A stretch of DNA of 25,778 bases from Candidatus Hermodarchaeota archaeon (GCA_048885865.1 JBHLLF010000019.1:14299-40076); one strand, 5' to 3'. Numbered from the stretch's first letter, positions 9,364 to 18,147 are shown. The notes: generated from the letters alone by a model not told the origin. Translations and numbers: made by a program.

Positions 9364-9717
9364 TTAAGTCTGCATGAAGCTCTTGGAATACAGGTACTCC
9401 CGTTTTTCTTCGCCAATGATCTCTACCTTGTTCCACTTCATCAAGGCTAGAATATTCCAAAGAACTCGGTGCGGCTCAAGTCCTGTCGCTTTAGCAATCT
9501 GTGAAACTGTCACTGGACTATCATTCAAGTGCTTCATTATATAGTGCCTTTCATACTCTTCTTGGATGGTCCTTTCCACTAACTCCTTGAATTTCTCTTG
9601 AGTCAACTCTCCATTTTGGACAAGGACATCGCCTTTTCCTATGAGCCATCTGAGACGCTCATCAGCAAAAGCATCGGCCATCGCTTGTATACGATCGCTG
9701 TCTACAGTTTCTTTCAT
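9364..9717 (-). CDS. Small hdr-operon protein with a C-terminal winged-helix-like region; resembles the C-terminal extension of long MvhD-family proteins
   Basis: Coupled to hdrA' by a TAATG overlap at 9717. RLRWLIGKG...EEYERHYIMKHL, then an HTH-like SPVTVSQIAKATGLEPHRVLWNILAL. The family resemblance is from memory, not from a search. Confidence 0.7.
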   Translation of the reverse strand: MKETVDSDRIQAMADAFADERLRWLIGKGDVLVQNGELTQEKFKELVERTIQEEYERHYIMKHLNDSPVTVSQIAKATGLEPHRVLWNILALMKWNKVEIIGEEKREYLYSKSFMQT

Positions 9718-11057
9718 TACTTGGCACCTCCCTTTGCGAGGGTGATACTAGCACGCATCGCGGCCGCACTCCCTGCTGCGACACTGTCTGGTATGTCCTT
9801 TGGAGATTCAGCACAACCGCATACGTAGATGCCAGGGACTGTTGTGTCTACAGGAGTAATAGTTGCATTCTCAACAGTAAGGAATCCATCGCTATCCAGC
9901 TCTAGCCCCATGTGAATTGAGAGGTCTTTCAGAGTCTTTGGTGGCAGAATTCCTGGGCAGATTACAACCAGCTCGTGTTCGTTCTGCAAGAACTTTCCAG
10001 TTTCAGTGTCTTCCACACGTACAATGAGATTCCTGTTCTTTAGATTCTCATTAACTTCGCCGACACGTCCCCGAACGAACTTGACGCCAAATCTTTCCTT
10101 CGCCATCTCCTTGAACTCTTCAAAGCCCTTTCCGAAGGCTCGAAGGTCTGCATAATAGAGAGTGACATCTTTCACATGGTCGTGGGCAAGCTCAAATGCC
10201 ATCACTCCGTTCTTGATTGAATACATACAACATATACGTGAGCAGTTGGGAACGCCCTTCTCAACGTCCCTGGCACCAACGCACTGGATAAATCCAATCG
10301 ACTTTGGAATCGTACCATCGCTCAGCCGCATGAGGTGTCCGCCAGTAGGACCTGCGGCATTGATGATTCGTTCATATTCCAGCGCGTGTATGACATTCTT
10401 GTATTTACCATAGCCAAGCCGTGGATACTTAGTTACATCGTAGAGTTCATACCCTGTAGCGATCACTATAGCTCCAACCGGGATTTCGACTTCCTCATCT
10501 ACGGCATCAAGCATCACTGCATCCCTTTGACAGGATTTCTCACACATACCACATTTGATGCAGTTTTCTTCATCAATAGTATACACAAGCGGTGTACTCT
10601 GTGGAAATCCAATGTAGACCGCCTTTCGAAATCCAAGATTTTGATCGAACTCATTGGGTACTTCAATGGGACAATGAGGCACGCAGTCTGCACAGCCTGA
10701 GCAAAGCTCCTCGCTAATTTTACGAGCCTTCCTCAAGACCTTGACTCGGAAATCTCCAGCCTTGCCAGTCACGCCAATGACTTCGGAATATGTCAGGAGT
10801 TCGATATTTGGATGCCTTGCGACTTCCGACAGTCTTGGTGTCAGGATACACGCCGAGCAGTCAAGAGTTGGGAAAGTCTTGTCCAGCATTGCCATAACGC
10901 CGCCTATAGATGGCGATTTTTCTACCAACACAACTTTGTAATTCTGGTCAGCGATGTCAAGCGCGGCTTGCATCCCAGCGACGCCTCCACCAATTACCAT
11001 GGCGGTTTCAGAAGGAAGCAGATGGTCATAGGTCACCTTGTCACCCGCAATAGTCAT
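9717..11057 (-). CDS. hdrA: Short HdrA' subunit (FAD/thioredoxin-reductase-like core plus inserted 2x[4Fe-4S]; no N-terminal domain, no C-terminal ferredoxin)
   Basis: GGGVAGMQAALD, DKTFPTLDCSACILTP, CSGCADCVPHCP, CIKCGMCEKSC, CVGARD...CSRICC, PKDIPDSV. Confidence 0.93.
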   Translation of the reverse strand: MTIAGDKVTYDHLLPSETAMVIGGGVAGMQAALDIADQNYKVVLVEKSPSIGGVMAMLDKTFPTLDCSACILTPRLSEVARHPNIELLTYSEVIGVTGKAGDFRVKVLRKARKISEELCSGCADCVPHCPIEVPNEFDQNLGFRKAVYIGFPQSTPLVYTIDEENCIKCGMCEKSCQRDAVMLDAVDEEVEIPVGAIVIATGYELYDVTKYPRLGYGKYKNVIHALEYERIINAAGPTGGHLMRLSDGTIPKSIGFIQCVGARDVEKGVPNCSRICCMYSIKNGVMAFELAHDHVKDVTLYYADLRAFGKGFEEFKEMAKERFGVKFVRGRVGEVNENLKNRNLIVRVEDTETGKFLQNEHELVVICPGILPPKTLKDLSIHMGLELDSDGFLTVENATITPVDTTVPGIYVCGCAESPKDIPDSVAAGSAAAMRASITLAKGGAK

Positions 11058-11521
11058 GTTCCAGCACCTCCTGATATCGCGGCGTTCCTCCTTTTCGCCT
11101 TCGCTATTGATCTAGCAAGTGGACTTGGGCCCAACTTCTTGATATTTTGAGTCATCTCAGTTATGCCTTCAGCCCATTGCTGCCCCTCCGATGCACTTGC
11201 CCACAAAAGCTTCAGTCTATTAGGATGCAAGCCCATCAGACTCATTGCTGATGATAGAGCTTCATATCGGACAATCGTACGATAATTGCCGGTAGAATAG
11301 TGACAATCTCCAAGGTGACATCCGCTAATCATAACGCCGTCAGCTCCATTCTTGAAGGCTTGGAGAACCATGCACGGATCCACACGGCCGGAGCACATCA
11401 GGCGGATGACCTTCGCATTTGTGGGATACTGGATTCGAGATATTCCAGCTAGATCAGCTCCTCCGTATGAACACCAATTACAGGTGAAAGCTACAATATT
11501 CGGCTCAAAATGCTTACTCAT
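11054..11521 (-). CDS. mvhD: MvhD/FlpD-family [2Fe-2S] protein
   Basis: FTCNWCSYGGADLAG, RLMCSGRVD, GADGV..SGCHLGDCHY, WASASEG. Confidence 0.95.
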   Translation of the reverse strand: MSKHFEPNIVAFTCNWCSYGGADLAGISRIQYPTNAKVIRLMCSGRVDPCMVLQAFKNGADGVMISGCHLGDCHYSTGNYRTIVRYEALSSAMSLMGLHPNRLKLLWASASEGQQWAEGITEMTQNIKKLGPSPLARSIAKAKRRNAAISGGAGT

Positions 11522-12432
11522 GTTGCTGCACCTCCTTTTCCAGCTGCCTCTCCTTTGAGTTTAGCAACAAAAGAAGCAGTACTAGCAGTATGCTGTTGAA
11601 GCCCTATTTCTTTGGGACTAAAACCGAAAGCTAAGGCAAGAATTTGGGGGTAATGAAGGACAGGGATGTCAAGGCCATCGATATCGTACTTATGCTTGAT
11701 AATCCTCTGGCCCATATCATGCTGAATGTGGCATAAAGAACAGACGGTGACTAACCCATCGACGTCAGCTTCTTTTGCGTCAAGAAGACGTTCCTTAAGC
11801 ACCTCATCCGCGAGATCATCAGCTGTTCCTCTGAGAAGTCCTCCGCAGCACCTATGTCTGCCAGCATAGTTCTTGCTAGTTGCTCCAATACCCTCCAAGA
11901 TTTCATCAGCGAAGGTGGGTCGCTCAGAGTACTCTATGTTGAGGATCTCATGTGGCTTTAGCATATGGCATCCATAGCGAAGTCCAAGCTCAACACCTTC
12001 GAAATCCTTCACCATCTTGCTCTTTATGACATCAATACCAATTTCATGGTATAGAAAGTCGATGAGGTGAAACGCCTCAACAGTTCCATCGTATTTCAAG
12101 CCAGCAGGCCGCAGAATGTTTTTGATTTGTTCATGGACCCCTGGATACTTCCTGATAGTGTGATTCACCCTCTTGTATGAGTGAAAGCAGCCACTGCAAG
12201 GCGTAAGCATGTCTAAACCCATCTCCTCCGCCTTGGCTAGATTCCTAGCAGCAAAAGCTAAGCTCGTCGTGAGGTCCAGCGACTGCATCCAAAATGGAGC
12301 GCAGCAAGTTTCGTTTGGAACATCAACTATCTCAACATCGAGATGGTCAAGGACCTTTCGAGTGGCCGCCTCATAACCAAGGAGTGAGCGTCGTGAAGGG
12401 ACCAGACATCCCCAAGCAATTGCCATCTTCAT
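11518..12432 (-). CDS. hdrB: Heterodisulfide reductase subunit B
   Basis: WGC...TCCAP...PCSGC and YGCH...RCCGG...VCSLCHIQHDMGQ, IPVLHYPQILALA. Confidence 0.93.
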   Translation of the reverse strand: MKMAIAWGCLVPSRRSLLGYEAATRKVLDHLDVEIVDVPNETCCAPFWMQSLDLTTSLAFAARNLAKAEEMGLDMLTPCSGCFHSYKRVNHTIRKYPGVHEQIKNILRPAGLKYDGTVEAFHLIDFLYHEIGIDVIKSKMVKDFEGVELGLRYGCHMLKPHEILNIEYSERPTFADEILEGIGATSKNYAGRHRCCGGLLRGTADDLADEVLKERLLDAKEADVDGLVTVCSLCHIQHDMGQRIIKHKYDIDGLDIPVLHYPQILALAFGFSPKEIGLQQHTASTASFVAKLKGEAAGKGGAAT

Positions 12433-12995
12433 TTCGACGTATCCCTCCCTTTGTAAAGCGCCAAGATCTTGTCAAATCCAGATGCCTGAATGATCTTGCT
12501 AATCTCCTCCATTGCAGGTTCCTGTAGGGGAGGAAGATCCAACGTTTCACGCATTCTGTCTACCGCGAATGTCTTCGGAACAACTCGACCGTGTGCTACT
12601 ACAGTCCTAGCCATCTCCAAGTAGCCATCAGCGGCATAGCCTTCTTTAACTGCCATATTCCGGAGGATTGTTACGATGTCAGTGAAGTTGACTTCCTGAA
12701 CGCACCGCTCCTCACAAGTAAAGCAAGCGGCACACATCCAGATGTCGTCGCTGGTCAGCACCAGATCCTTTAGACCCAGCAGTACATTACCAAGCACTTT
12801 CCTGGGTCGATAATCAGTCACTGCTCCAACCGGACAGCCTCCACTGCAGGCTCCACATTTTAGGCAGCGTAAGAGCCCCTCTCCCCCAACGTGACTAGCC
12901 ACCTCATACTTGAATCCCCTATTTACATCCTCATCACGTATTGGAGCATCATCTCGTTGGGTCCTGACTTCATCAGTCTGTCCCATGTTCGTCAC
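12429..12995 (-). CDS. hdrC: Heterodisulfide reductase subunit C
   Basis: CLKCGACSGGCP and IWMCAACFTCEERC. The true start may be ATG 12986, which has GGTGA 5 nt upstream. Confidence 0.93.
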   Translation of the reverse strand: MTNMGQTDEVRTQRDDAPIRDEDVNRGFKYEVASHVGGEGLLRCLKCGACSGGCPVGAVTDYRPRKVLGNVLLGLKDLVLTSDDIWMCAACFTCEERCVQEVNFTDIVTILRNMAVKEGYAADGYLEMARTVVAHGRVVPKTFAVDRMRETLDLPPLQEPAMEEISKIIQASGFDKILALYKGRDTSK

Positions 12996-13110
12996 CCAGT
13001 ACCCCTGTCTGATCCCTGATATGCATTCGATGGTATCGGGGTTCAGTCGAATACTAGTCTCGATGTCCCGAGACGAGTAAGAGCCAATGCCACGCTTTCG
13101 ATGTCCCTAC

Positions 13111-13116
13111 TTTAAA
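13111..13116 (-). promoter_or_regulatory. Candidate TATA box (TTTAAA) of the first hdr operon
   Basis: TTTAAA about 115 bp upstream of hdrC, preceded on the minus strand by GAAACCTGA (BRE-like position). Confidence 0.5.
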
Positions 13117-13125
13117 TCAGGTTTC

Positions 13126-13142
13126 ATGTTCGATATCGTACA
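13126..13142. promoter_or_regulatory. Palindromic putative operator ATGTTCGATATCGTACA upstream of the first hdr operon
   Basis: TGTTCGATATCGTACA is a 16-bp palindrome with one mismatch. The motif ends 9 bp upstream of the candidate TATA box and is shared with 5886-5902. Confidence 0.65.
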
Positions 13143-13460
13143 AAGTAGTATGAGCAAATCGAAGTATTATATCTCTGACGATTCTGAATTCCATTCAACT
13201 ATGAACAATCACTAATGTTATGCTAAGTAATTCGTGAATATTGTGGTCGAAAACGTACATTTCCAGACATATCATGTCGAGGGGACATTTTCGTTGTCCA
13301 ACTGACACTAATCACTCATCACAGCAAATTTGGCTGATGTCAACTGCACAGAAGCCGCGAGATTTGCGATTTCGCCCTCGTTCTTCATTATTAGTGATTT
13401 GCGAATCCATTCAATACGCCATTTAATGAGTAACAGAAACGAGCAAATGATGTTTGACAT

Positions 13461-14600
13461 CTAAAGCGTCTGAATCAGTTCATTAAATCTAGACAAGCCT
13501 GCTTCCAGCTTCTCTGAGTCATAGCCAAATCCAATTCTGAGATACTTCTCCATGCCAAAGTGCTCTCCAGGTATGATTAACAGACTCTTCTCACGCAGCA
13601 ATCGGTCAACTAGCTCAAGTGAACTGATGGGAAGGTTATGTTTGGGAAAGCATATTGCCGCCGCTTGAGGAGGAATGTACTCGAAGATTCCTGACCGCTC
13701 ATCCAGCCACTCCTTAAGTATGTTCCAATTCTTCTTCACTATGCTTGCGGTTCTCCCTAGTATCTTCTCACGCATCTTCGGTTGTAGGGCAATTGTAGCG
13801 AGCATATCACTAAGCTTACCTGGACAGATTGTAGTATAGTCAGAGTAAGACCACAACTCCTTTGCGTGTGGCTCCATAGAGGTCAGAAGCCACCCTAGTC
13901 TAAGTCCAGGCAGACCGTATGCCTTGGAGAGGCTATTTGTGACAATGACCTTATCATATACCCCATAAATACTCGGAGTCATTTTAGACTCGAGCTCAGC
14001 ACCCTGATAGATTTCGTCTGAGATAACCCAAGCATCTACATCTGCGGCAATATCAGAGATCGCCTTCAAGTGATTCAGATCGAAGATAGCGCCTGTGGGA
14101 TTATTCGGATTGCATACTAGAATAGCCGCAGTCTTGCTTGATACTGCGTTCTTCAGTCCTTCCAGATCAGGAAGCCACCGGTCTCCCTCCATTTGAAGGT
14201 AATATGGAACTACTGCACCCCCCAAGCCTCGTGTGAGGCCATGCATCTGCATGTAATTGGGAAGCATCATGACAATCTCGTTGCGGTTCTTATGCTCATA
14301 CAACAGATTCCAGATTGCGATGAAGTTAGCTTCCGCCCCTCCATTAGTCACAAGAACATTGTCTGCTGTTGCGCCCTCATACATTCCAGCAATAGTTTCT
14401 CGAAGCTTAACGGTCCCATTTGTCTGCGAATATCCTATGCTTGTTTTAATCAATGCATCAAGCTGCTCATCGTCATGTATCAAGTCGGCGATCGATAGAG
14501 GACTCACTCCACTCTCAGTGAGATTGATCTCGACGATATTCTCCCATTCGGACTGCATCCGCTCCATCTCAAAAGCGTCAAGCTTCAATATGCACACCAT
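13461..14600 (-). CDS. PLP-dependent aminotransferase, class I/II
   Basis: VLVTNGGAEAN, CNPNNPTG, SDEIY, SLSKAYGLPGLRLGW (PLP lysine), YLRIGFG. Confidence 0.92.
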   Translation of the reverse strand: MVCILKLDAFEMERMQSEWENIVEINLTESGVSPLSIADLIHDDEQLDALIKTSIGYSQTNGTVKLRETIAGMYEGATADNVLVTNGGAEANFIAIWNLLYEHKNRNEIVMMLPNYMQMHGLTRGLGGAVVPYYLQMEGDRWLPDLEGLKNAVSSKTAAILVCNPNNPTGAIFDLNHLKAISDIAADVDAWVISDEIYQGAELESKMTPSIYGVYDKVIVTNSLSKAYGLPGLRLGWLLTSMEPHAKELWSYSDYTTICPGKLSDMLATIALQPKMREKILGRTASIVKKNWNILKEWLDERSGIFEYIPPQAAAICFPKHNLPISSLELVDRLLREKSLLIIPGEHFGMEKYLRIGFGYDSEKLEAGLSRFNELIQTL

Positions 14601-14640
14601 CCAGCTGCAAAGTTCGGTAGAGTTTTGGCCCTATCCGAGC

Positions 14641-14647
14641 TATATAA
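14641..14647. promoter_or_regulatory. Candidate TATA element in the 93-bp divergent intergenic region
   Basis: TATATAA is the only strong TATA-like element, about 40 bp from the aminotransferase start and about 46 bp from the transporter start. Confidence 0.45.
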
Positions 14648-14693
14648 GAAGTCCGAAGCAGCCTGCGTGGTTCATCAGGGAGAATGAAAAGTA

Positions 14694-15596
14694 TTGGATG
14701 AATTTGCCTTTGGTGTCATCTTGGGAGTGTTTGGTGCATTATTCTTTGCCGTTCAAAATGTCGTCATAAAGTGGGTAGGAGAAGATGTTCGCCCTGTTGC
14801 TGCAAATTCGATTCGAGTTTGGATCGCGCTCCCCATTATATTCTTCGTAGCAGTCAATCCTTTTCGTCAAGCCAACCTTGCACTACCGCTAGAGACCTAC
14901 GTAGCTCTTGCTTTGTCTGTATTCTTCGCCGCAGGTTTTGGTGATGTGGTCTATTACCAGAGTCAGGATAGAATCGGAGTTTCTTCTGCTTTTGCCATAA
15001 CGAACACCTATCCAATAGTGACCTATTTCCTAGCAATTCTATTTCTTGGTGACTTGTGGATTCCAGTCCGTTTCCTTGGAGTGGTCCTCGCCATTTCTGG
15101 AATCATTCTGATTTCGCGGGAACAGGATGTTCAATACCCGGATGAACCCGAAGTGAATACGAGGGGATTGGACAAGATTGGATACGCTCTAGCGGCTATC
15201 ACAGCCATAATGTTTGCATTGGCGACCATCATGGTGGATATTGGTACCACTGGTGTCGATCCATTGGATGCCAATGTGATAAGATTAGCATGTGGGTCAC
15301 TGATGCTTATGCCGACATTCTATTTCTCTAGACGAATGGGTATGCGAATGCCATCTAGACGGGGAATCAAAGTTGTAGCCGTTGCTGCAATTCTTGGGAT
15401 GGCACTGGCTTCCACTTTCTGGGTTGCATCAGTGAAATTCGTTGGTGCCACAATAAGTGCTGTTTTGGGCTCAACATCACCACTTTTTGCATTGCCCCTC
15501 TCCATGAGATATCTCGATGAAACAGTCAATTGGAAAGTAGGAGTTGGCACTTTTGCAACGATAATTGGGATATGGATAACTCTGATTGCCGGGTGA
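14694..15596 (+). CDS. EamA/DMT-family transporter
   Basis: About 10 hydrophobic segments in two repeats; RIGVSSA..ITNTYP..LAILFLGD and VGATISAVLGSTSPLFALPLS..YLDE. Confidence 0.92.
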   Translation: MDEFAFGVILGVFGALFFAVQNVVIKWVGEDVRPVAANSIRVWIALPIIFFVAVNPFRQANLALPLETYVALALSVFFAAGFGDVVYYQSQDRIGVSSAFAITNTYPIVTYFLAILFLGDLWIPVRFLGVVLAISGIILISREQDVQYPDEPEVNTRGLDKIGYALAAITAIMFALATIMVDIGTTGVDPLDANVIRLACGSLMLMPTFYFSRRMGMRMPSRRGIKVVAVAAILGMALASTFWVASVKFVGATISAVLGSTSPLFALPLSMRYLDETVNWKVGVGTFATIIGIWITLIAG

Positions 15597-15617
15597 GAGA
15601 GATTTCTCTATTGGATT

Positions 15618-17501
15618 CTATGCAACTATTTCGAATAGTGAGGGCGAGATATATTCGCCATGTGCTTGCTTTGCTTCCAACAATCTTTCTCTTTGCTCAT
15701 TCAAAAGAGTGTATAGGATATCTGGGGCATCAGACACGCATTCGCTGTATTCTTGTTCAACTCTATCGATTTTCGCCAGCAATTCAGGGATACATATCAT
15801 GAATTGCTTCTCATATTGCTCCTCTGTGTATTCCTTTTCCAAATGCTCCTTGAAGAGCCGCTTCAAGTCTTCGAATAATGGTATGTATCCTGTGGGTGTT
15901 CTTCTCGCCTTTGCCTCTCCGTGAACCCGTAGATCCATCCATTGGAGCCAAACTCGTTTATCCGCTTTGTCAGTAATGAAGTTTCCATTATCATCTCTCT
16001 GGAAGTAGTTCACACTGAATATCTTTGGGATCTTTTCAAGTGATTCAGCAAAGACCAGATGGTTATTGATATATTTGCCCAACGGAATTGAAATGAAGTC
16101 CATGTTGGAGAATGCCTGAAACTTTCGGACTCCACTTGGACCAAGAGTTGCGGCAGTAGATTCTGACTCCAAACTGGCACCCATTGTGATTACTCCATGA
16201 GCCCAATCAAACGATTCCTGCACAGGTACCCATGTATCAGCATCCCTTCCTCCATAGATAACTGCACCAACTTCTACCCCATTTGGATCTTCGAGAGTCT
16301 TGTCGACATTGGATAGGCCCTCTAAGCCTATTGTATATCTTGCGTTCTTGTGAGCATAGGGAATATCTTCATCGTTTACATCCTTCTTCCCCTCAAACCA
16401 GTCTCCTGAGAAATTGATACCCCTCTTCGGCGGATTTCGGCCATCCTCTAGCCAATATGGAATTCCGTCATAACTTACGAGGACATTGGAGAAGATGGCT
16501 GGCTCATGCGAATTCAACACCTCCCATATCACAGGATCGCCCTTTGCACTCACAGAACGGATTATTCCAAAGATTCCCCGTTCAACATTTACTGCGGTTG
16601 CGACACCATCAATATTCTTGATATACGCTAAATCATCACCCACTATTGTGCAGCCAGGAATCATTGATGTACTTGTCTTTCCACAGCCTGATGGAAATGC
16701 ACCAGTCATGTATGTCTTCCTTCCATTTTGACCAAACACTGACATCAGAAACATATGCTCAGCTAGCCAGCCTTCTCTGTCAGCCTTTCGTATTGCCAGA
16801 CGGAGAGATAGTTTCTTCAGCCCTATGGAATTCCCGGCATACTGGGTGTTGAAGCTATACACAGTATTCTCTTTGTAGTCAATGGCAACTCCTCTGTTCT
16901 GCCAATCAATACTAACGGAATGCATCAGCTTGCCAGAACTGTGAAGCATCTGAAAGATCTCTGCATCTTCTGGTAGTCTGCGGAAGTAATCATACCCTCG
17001 CCTATATAGCAGGTCCTCACTATGTGCTACGTAAAATGAGTCGGTGATTTGAATAACTGGAATCGAGAACACTGAATCTCTTGGTCCAAGGCAGAAGAAC
17101 CGCACAACCATCTTTTTGTGTTCCATGCTCCCCGTGAGTCTATCCTGCACCATTTCGAGACCTTTCCTCCTATCCATCTGGTTAAGCTGCTCCCCCAGAG
17201 TTTCACCTTCAGGAACAAGATAGGTGGTCTGCTCTCTATCCCGCGCTTGGTCATGCAATCCGTCAAAGTGAACGGTATGCGTTGGAATTGCTAGGGGAGT
17301 CTCCTCACCCCTTGCAATAGCTGTCCTTCTGATATACTCTACATCCATCCTACTATCATCACAGATGAATACCTTCATTGGATCACATAGCTCAATAGCG
17401 TCAGCGATGAACTTGTGCACTCTCTTGTTGGGAATAGTCAGCAACTTGCGTAAATTGGCATCAGTCAGGCGCGACTCGAGGACAGTCATATAGTCATTCA
17501 C
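15618..17501 (-). CDS. pckG: Phosphoenolpyruvate carboxykinase (GTP), archaeal type
   Basis: QITDSFYV, YAGNSIGLKKL, GWLAEHM, GAFPSGCGKTS, VGDDLAY, NVERGIFG, HKNARY, IYGGRD; GAGGTG ribosome-binding site before the GTG. Confidence 0.96.
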   Translation of the reverse strand: MNDYMTVLESRLTDANLRKLLTIPNKRVHKFIADAIELCDPMKVFICDDSRMDVEYIRRTAIARGEETPLAIPTHTVHFDGLHDQARDREQTTYLVPEGETLGEQLNQMDRRKGLEMVQDRLTGSMEHKKMVVRFFCLGPRDSVFSIPVIQITDSFYVAHSEDLLYRRGYDYFRRLPEDAEIFQMLHSSGKLMHSVSIDWQNRGVAIDYKENTVYSFNTQYAGNSIGLKKLSLRLAIRKADREGWLAEHMFLMSVFGQNGRKTYMTGAFPSGCGKTSTSMIPGCTIVGDDLAYIKNIDGVATAVNVERGIFGIIRSVSAKGDPVIWEVLNSHEPAIFSNVLVSYDGIPYWLEDGRNPPKRGINFSGDWFEGKKDVNDEDIPYAHKNARYTIGLEGLSNVDKTLEDPNGVEVGAVIYGGRDADTWVPVQESFDWAHGVITMGASLESESTAATLGPSGVRKFQAFSNMDFISIPLGKYINNHLVFAESLEKIPKIFSVNYFQRDDNGNFITDKADKRVWLQWMDLRVHGEAKARRTPTGYIPLFEDLKRLFKEHLEKEYTEEQYEKQFMICIPELLAKIDRVEQEYSECVSDAPDILYTLLNEQRERLLEAKQAHGEYISPSLFEIVA

Positions 17502-17766
17502 GTGAACACCTCAAATGCTCAGTTCCCAACAAGCGCGCATGAAGTAATTGGAATATAACATCCGCGCCAGCTGCAATGTCGCGAATTTGTCTTCGCTATA
17601 ATTCTTTCTGCTTTCAATCCAACAACAGAAGAAATGAATAGTATTGATTCCTCTGAGAACATGGTCTAAATTTCCTCAATGGTTGAACCATGTGTATGAA
17701 TAAAGCAGTAGCTGGGTCCCTTAATAGAAAGATGCTGGAGCTTTGCTCTGATATGTATAACTTGAG

Positions 17767-18129
17767 CTAAAGCACCTGTTCTATAGCATCAACAGCCTTA
17801 TCCATCTCAAAGTCTATCAAGCCTATTTTCGCAGAAGTTGGGGCTGTGGCAATTAAAGAAACCTTGTCAAGTTTTCTCACTATGACCATTTTATTGCTGC
17901 CCTCTATTACGACGTTCTTAGGATTTCCCGACCTTAGTGCAGATCCGACTCGATTGCCGATCGACATCAACGCAGCTGCCATAGCTGAGATTGCCTTGTC
18001 ATCTACATCTTTATGCAGAGCCGCCACCATTAGTTGACCTCTATCAGTAACTAGGGCACTACCATCAACTTCACTATCAGCCTCAAGCTGTTTTAGGATC
18101 TCAGACAGTTCTTTAGTTTTAGCACTCAT
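17767..18129 (-). CDS. Roadblock/LC7 (MglB-like) protein
   Basis: VDGSALVTDRGQLM, AISAMAAALMSIG.RV, VVIEG, AKIGLI; GGAGG ribosome-binding site; close paralog of 24842-25204. Confidence 0.92.
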   Translation of the reverse strand: MSAKTKELSEILKQLEADSEVDGSALVTDRGQLMVAALHKDVDDKAISAMAAALMSIGNRVGSALRSGNPKNVVIEGSNKMVIVRKLDKVSLIATAPTSAKIGLIDFEMDKAVDAIEQVL

Positions 18130-18147
18130 TGTTTCTACGAGCCTCCT

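Noticed and set aside
11678-11689. Third partial match to the operator (TCGATATCGTAC)
   Set aside because: It lies inside hdrB coding sequence (KYDID) and lacks the ATGT flank; probably chance.
1-12995. Selenocysteine recoding in hdrA/mvhD, which are selenoproteins in some archaea
   Set aside because: The ORFs are uninterrupted and the usual positions (DCSAC, DCAIC, MvhD Cys motifs) are Cys codons. The terminal TGAs are ATGA/GTGA coupling overlaps at the expected protein ends.
13241-13460. 61-aa plus-strand ORF and a 50-codon minus-strand frame directly after the aminotransferase TAG
   Set aside because: No ribosome-binding site, no motif, and the aminotransferase is already full length.
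17679-17691. Palindrome ATGGTT-G-AACCAT between the roadblock gene and pckG
   Set aside because: A single short occurrence with no second copy in the window; not enough for a call.
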